DNA of 52,951 nucleotides from Methanocrinis sp. (lineage in GTDB: Archaea; Halobacteriota; Methanosarcinia; Methanotrichales; Methanotrichaceae): contig NZ_JBNGCU010000002.1 in assembly GCF_049974945.1 (NCBI RefSeq), positions 1 to 52,951 on the forward strand. Reading direction: 5' to 3'. The number at the start of each line of letters is the position of its first letter. The first letter of the stretch is position 1. The notes below the pieces were generated by a model. It ran no database searches, was not told the origin of the DNA, and saw only the letters and a program-made list of their open reading frames with translations. Shown here piece after piece: positions 49,152 to 52,951 of this stretch. A program made the translations under genes and the position numbers.

Positions 49152-49686
49152 CCCCCTCCAAAGAAATCTTTAAGGTTGGCCTCGGTGGACGGATCAGAAT
49201 CGAAGCAGAGCTGGTCTGAACTTGTATCGATCTGATGAATAGAATATTTGCGGTATCTCGATTCGTATTCAGAGATGCAGCCGATCATTTTGGGAACTCT
49301 CCTGATCAACCCGCGCTTTTATCTCGATTCTCCTATCCGGACGGCTCAGAGATGATTGAAAACGTTTCAGATCCCCTTCTCAAAATGGCCTATTAGGATT
49401 TATGACTTGCCTTTGGATCGCTCGGTCGCCTCTCAAAAACACAATCATAAAATATATTTTAATCTTTGAATCGTCTGAGAAAAAGAGCATGGGGCTCGGG
49501 CGTCTGGCCGAGCGATCGTCTCCTCGGCCGTCCTGGATGCCCCCTCTGAAGAAGGGGGCAGACCTCTGGTCCGGCCCCTTCTGTGCCGACCCAGTTTGCA
49601 GGTCATCGGTCGGGAGAGACGTTCTCTTCAGGAAGACGGGGGGGTGCGGACAGATGGGCTCTGCCCGGGATCGGGAAGCTCTGGGC

Positions 49687-50841
49687 TCAATCGCCCTTGT
49701 CCTGGATCGCAGTGGCCATCTTGGGGCTCAGATGGGCGTCGGGGGCGACGTCGTAGACCTCTCCTTTTATGAACTTCTCCACCAGCTCCTTTGCCAGGTG
49801 ATCCGGATACTGTATCGGCGGATGTTTCATAGTGTAGGCCGATATCTCGACGAGAGGTCCTCCGATCTTCCTGTCCATGGCCAGCTTGCAGACCCTTATG
49901 GCGTCTATGGTGGACCCGCCGCTGTTGGGGGAGTCTTCGACCGAGAGCCTCAGCTCCAGGTTTATGGGAACGTCGCCGAAGATCCTCCCTTCCATCCTCA
50001 GAAAACAGATCTTGTTGTCCTTCTGCCAGGGTACATAATCGGAGGGGCCGATGTGGATGTCGTCGGCCATGAGGGGAACGTCCAGGACCGACTGGACCGC
50101 CTCGGTCTTGGATATCCTCTTGGACTTGAGCCTCTCCTGGTTCAGCATGTTCAAAAAGTCGGTATTTCCGCCGGTGTTCAGCTGGTAGGTCCGATCGAGC
50201 TTGCATCCCCGATCGTTGAAGAGCTTGGCCAGGGACCGGTGGACGATGGTGGCTCCTATCTGGCTCTTGACGTCGTCTCCGACGATCGGGACGTTGGCGT
50301 CCTTGAACTTCTTCGCCCAGGTGGGGTCGGAGGCGATGAAGACCGGCATGCAGTTTACGTAGCCTACGCCACCGTCGAGGGCGGCCTGAGCATAAAACCT
50401 GCTGGCCTCCTCCGAGCCGACGGGCATGTAGTTGATCAGGACCTCGGCGCCGGAGTCCTCCAGCTCACCCACGACATCGCAGGGCTCCAGATCCGAGACG
50501 ACGAAGGTCTTTTTGTCGTCGTAAGAGGACATGTGGGGGGCCACGCCGTCCAGGACGGGCCCTTTCTTAACCTCGACGCCCAGGCGGGGTACGTCGGGAT
50601 AGAAGGTTTTGGTGCAGTTGGGCGGGGCGAAGATGGCATCGCTGACGTCCTTTCCCACCTTTCTCCCGTCTATGTCGAAGGCCGCCACCACCTCGATCTC
50701 GCCGGGCAGGTAGCCGCCGACGGACCGGTGCATCAGCCCAATCCAGTCTTCATCATCTGAATTTTTATAATATTCAATCCCCTGGATGAGAGAGCTGGCG
50801 CAGTTGCCGAGACCGGCAATTGCTAATTTTATCTTTTTCAA
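49687..50841 (-). CDS. ino1: myo-inositol-1-phosphate synthase
   Basis: GLGNCASSLIQG, GDDVKSQIGAT, GGNTDFLNM, EDSPNSGG. Confidence 0.95.
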   Translation of the reverse strand: MKKIKLAIAGLGNCASSLIQGIEYYKNSDDEDWIGLMHRSVGGYLPGEIEVVAAFDIDGRKVGKDVSDAIFAPPNCTKTFYPDVPRLGVEVKKGPVLDGVAPHMSSYDDKKTFVVSDLEPCDVVGELEDSGAEVLINYMPVGSEEASRFYAQAALDGGVGYVNCMPVFIASDPTWAKKFKDANVPIVGDDVKSQIGATIVHRSLAKLFNDRGCKLDRTYQLNTGGNTDFLNMLNQERLKSKRISKTEAVQSVLDVPLMADDIHIGPSDYVPWQKDNKICFLRMEGRIFGDVPINLELRLSVEDSPNSGGSTIDAIRVCKLAMDRKIGGPLVEISAYTMKHPPIQYPDHLAKELVEKFIKGEVYDVAPDAHLSPKMATAIQDKGD

Positions 50842-51001
50842 TCTCGTCGCCTCCCAAATTCTCCTGAAGTAGTAAAACTTGACGCGCTACCGAGTATGCT
50901 ACATTTCTATTAGATAAATCTATAGGCATCCCGACGTCGTAATTCCTCCTTTCGAGGGGGCTCTTGGATCATTCTTTGTGCCTTCCGGGCTGATGGTTTG
51001 C

Positions 51002-51514
51002 TCAGGGCTCGGATCCGTCCTCCCCTCCCGCCAACCTCTCGACCACCAGGCCGTTCAGGACGGAGAAGATGATCAGGTAGAAAGTGAGGAGGAGGGTGAA
51101 GTTCCAGCCGAAGTAATAGACCATCAGGGGGATCATGGGGATCTTGACCGCCCGGGAGTAGAGAAAGGCCGCCACCAGGGAGTCTCTCATCCCCTTCTCT
51201 CTGAGGTCTGCGATGAGGGGGTACCAGACGTAGATCGGCCCCGAGGAGATGACGCCCCCCACCAAGGCGAAGGTCCAGCCCTTCAGGCCCGACCCCTTCC
51301 CCAGCATCCTCTTCGCCATCCCGGGCCTGATCGCCAGATTCAAAAGGGACATGATCACCAGGACCAGGGCCAGGACCGGAAGGACGCTTGAGAGGAGTTT
51401 GGCGAAGACGGAGAGGGCCCTCAAGAAGAGGTCAAAATCGACCGCGGCAAGCCCCAGATAAAAGATCGTCAGCAGAGCCAGGAAGTGCTTGCCGGAGGGG
51501 GCTTGGGCGGTCAC
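51002..51514 (-). CDS. Permease, DUF318/ArsP-like half
   Basis: SSGPIYVWYPL..DLREKG, AVKIPMIP; multiple TM segments. Confidence 0.75.
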   Translation of the reverse strand: MTAQAPSGKHFLALLTIFYLGLAAVDFDLFLRALSVFAKLLSSVLPVLALVLVIMSLLNLAIRPGMAKRMLGKGSGLKGWTFALVGGVISSGPIYVWYPLIADLREKGMRDSLVAAFLYSRAVKIPMIPLMVYYFGWNFTLLLTFYLIIFSVLNGLVVERLAGGEDGSEP

Positions 51515-51990
51515 GGCACGATCAGCTCCAGGGTTACGGAGGTTAGGATGGCCACCAGGGCTGCCGAGAGGAAGGAGATGCCGTTTCTGATCAGGGCGAA
51601 CCTCTTTCCTAATATCGCGGCCTCGGCGGGAAGCTGCAGTACGCCGACGGTCACCCAGGCGGCGATGAAGGCGGTCACCGCGAGAAGGCTCACGCCCTGG
51701 TCGATCAGCTCTCCGCCGACGATGTAGCTGGTGATGGGATTTCCGGCGGCGATGCTCCCTATCACGGCCCCGATCAGGGGATCGAGGATCTCATCTCCGG
51801 TGAAGACCGCCCCATAGACCGATGGCGGGACCAGGACCAGTATGAGAGAGATGAGGAGCATCACCCCGATGAGGATCGGAAAGACGTGGGCGAAGCTGGT
51901 GGCGGTCTTCTTCAGAGTGGCAGCCATCGTTTGAGGTTTCGAATCTTCTCCCCCCCGCGCTTTCCCGTCCCTCGGCCTCTCAGCCCTCAT
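51511..51990 (-). CDS. Permease, DUF318/ArsP-like half
   Basis: GSIAAGNPITSYIVGGEL, QLPAEAAILGKRFA; start may be ATG 51927. Confidence 0.75.
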   Translation of the reverse strand: MRAERPRDGKARGGEDSKPQTMAATLKKTATSFAHVFPILIGVMLLISLILVLVPPSVYGAVFTGDEILDPLIGAVIGSIAAGNPITSYIVGGELIDQGVSLLAVTAFIAAWVTVGVLQLPAEAAILGKRFALIRNGISFLSAALVAILTSVTLELIVP

Positions 51991-52012
51991 CTTCCCATCA
52001 TCTCTCCTCGGT

Positions 52013-52831
52013 CTAGTTCGGGTCCGTCCGGGGGTAGGACCCCAGAACCTTGGTCATGGCGGCCCTCTCTCTTATCCGAGCCAGAGCCTCCTCGACTTGG
52101 GGATCTTTCGCGTGACCCTCCAGGTCGATGAAGAAGTAGTAATCTCCAAGGCCCCGCTTGCTGGGCCGCGACTCGATCTTGGTGAGGTTGATCCTTCTTT
52201 TTGCAAACTCCCCCAGAACCTCCCAGAGGGCTCCGGGCTCGGCCCGCTCCAGGTATATGGCGAGAGAGGTCTTGTCTTTGCCCGTAGGCTCCGCCCCTCT
52301 CTGGCCCACCACCACAAACCTTGTCACGTTCTGGTCAGAGTCCTGGACGTCTCTCTCGATCACCGAAAGGCCGTACCTTCCAGCAGCCTCGGCGTCGGCG
52401 ATCGCCGCCATCTCCGAAAACTCCCCGGCGAGCTTTGCGGCGTGGCTGGTGGAGCCGGTCGTCCTCAGCTCGGCCTCGGGAAACCGACGTTTGAGGTAGC
52501 CTCGGCACTGGGCCAGGGCCTGAGGGTGGGAGAGGATCACCTTCACCTCCTCGGGCCTGCCGGTGCCAAGAAGGCAGTGGCTCACCCGGAGGTTGATCTC
52601 GCCTGTGATCTTGACGTCGCGGCGGAGGAGGGCGTCGAGGGTCATCCCCACCGAACCCTCCAGGCTGTTTTCCAGGGGGACGACCCCCATCTCCACCTCA
52701 CCCCCCTCGACGGCGGCGATCACCTCCTCGAAGTCCCGGAAGTAGCGAAGGTTTGAACCAGGACTGTATTTTCTTGCGGCCTTCTCCGAGAAGGTTCCTT
52801 CCGGCCCCAGAACCCCGATCGATCGGCTCAT
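52013..52831 (-). CDS. pheA: Prephenate dehydratase (PDT + ACT)
   Basis: LGPEGTFSE, ENSLEG, SHPQALAQC, NVTRF, INLTKIESRP. Confidence 0.96.
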   Translation of the reverse strand: MSRSIGVLGPEGTFSEKAARKYSPGSNLRYFRDFEEVIAAVEGGEVEMGVVPLENSLEGSVGMTLDALLRRDVKITGEINLRVSHCLLGTGRPEEVKVILSHPQALAQCRGYLKRRFPEAELRTTGSTSHAAKLAGEFSEMAAIADAEAAGRYGLSVIERDVQDSDQNVTRFVVVGQRGAEPTGKDKTSLAIYLERAEPGALWEVLGEFAKRRINLTKIESRPSKRGLGDYYFFIDLEGHAKDPQVEEALARIRERAAMTKVLGSYPRTDPN

Positions 52832-52951
52832 TTCATCTCTCTTAAAAGCTCTTTTGCCCTGTCGAGGTTGATATTCTTCTCGGCGGCCATTTTACCGGCC
52901 ACGGCCTCGATCTCGTCGCCTGTGGCTCCGGCCTGGACGGCGACGTTCTTG
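52828..52951 (-). CDS. mvaA: 3' end of class II HMG-CoA reductase (partial, runs off window)
   Basis: KNVAVQAGATGDEIEAVAGKMAAEKNINLDRAKELLREMK* matches the class II C-terminal flap; ATGA overlap with pheA. Confidence 0.7.
   Translation of the reverse strand, partial: KNVAVQAGATGDEIEAVAGKMAAEKNINLDRAKELLREMK

Overview
High-GC archaeal chromosomal window whose gene content and style fit a Methanothrix (Methanosaeta) harundinacea-like acetoclastic methanogen (inferred). It is mostly core genome: the rpl7ae-rps28e-rpl24e-ndk-infB cluster, glnA, and a sugar-phosphate/carbon cluster (polyferredoxin + tungsten AOR-family oxidoreductase, PfkB kinase, class I aldolase, GlmU-like protein, FBP aldolase/phosphatase, and a divergent form III RuBisCO). 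It also holds the full A1Ao ATP synthase operon with a small AhaG-like gene missing from the ORF track, trpB2, a thermosome subunit, two secreted all-TPR proteins, argG, the oapABC trio, ino1, pheA and the 3' end of a class II HMG-CoA reductase. No CRISPR, tRNA, rRNA or transposase was seen. The main unannotated signals are: tandem hairpins sharing an 18-nt loop motif followed by an SD at 16942-17035; a kink-turn in the rpl7ae leader; two probable CTG-initiated genes; and three disrupted genes (a livF remnant, a thioredoxin-like gene with an in-frame TGA, and a sensor kinase that has lost its kinase core).
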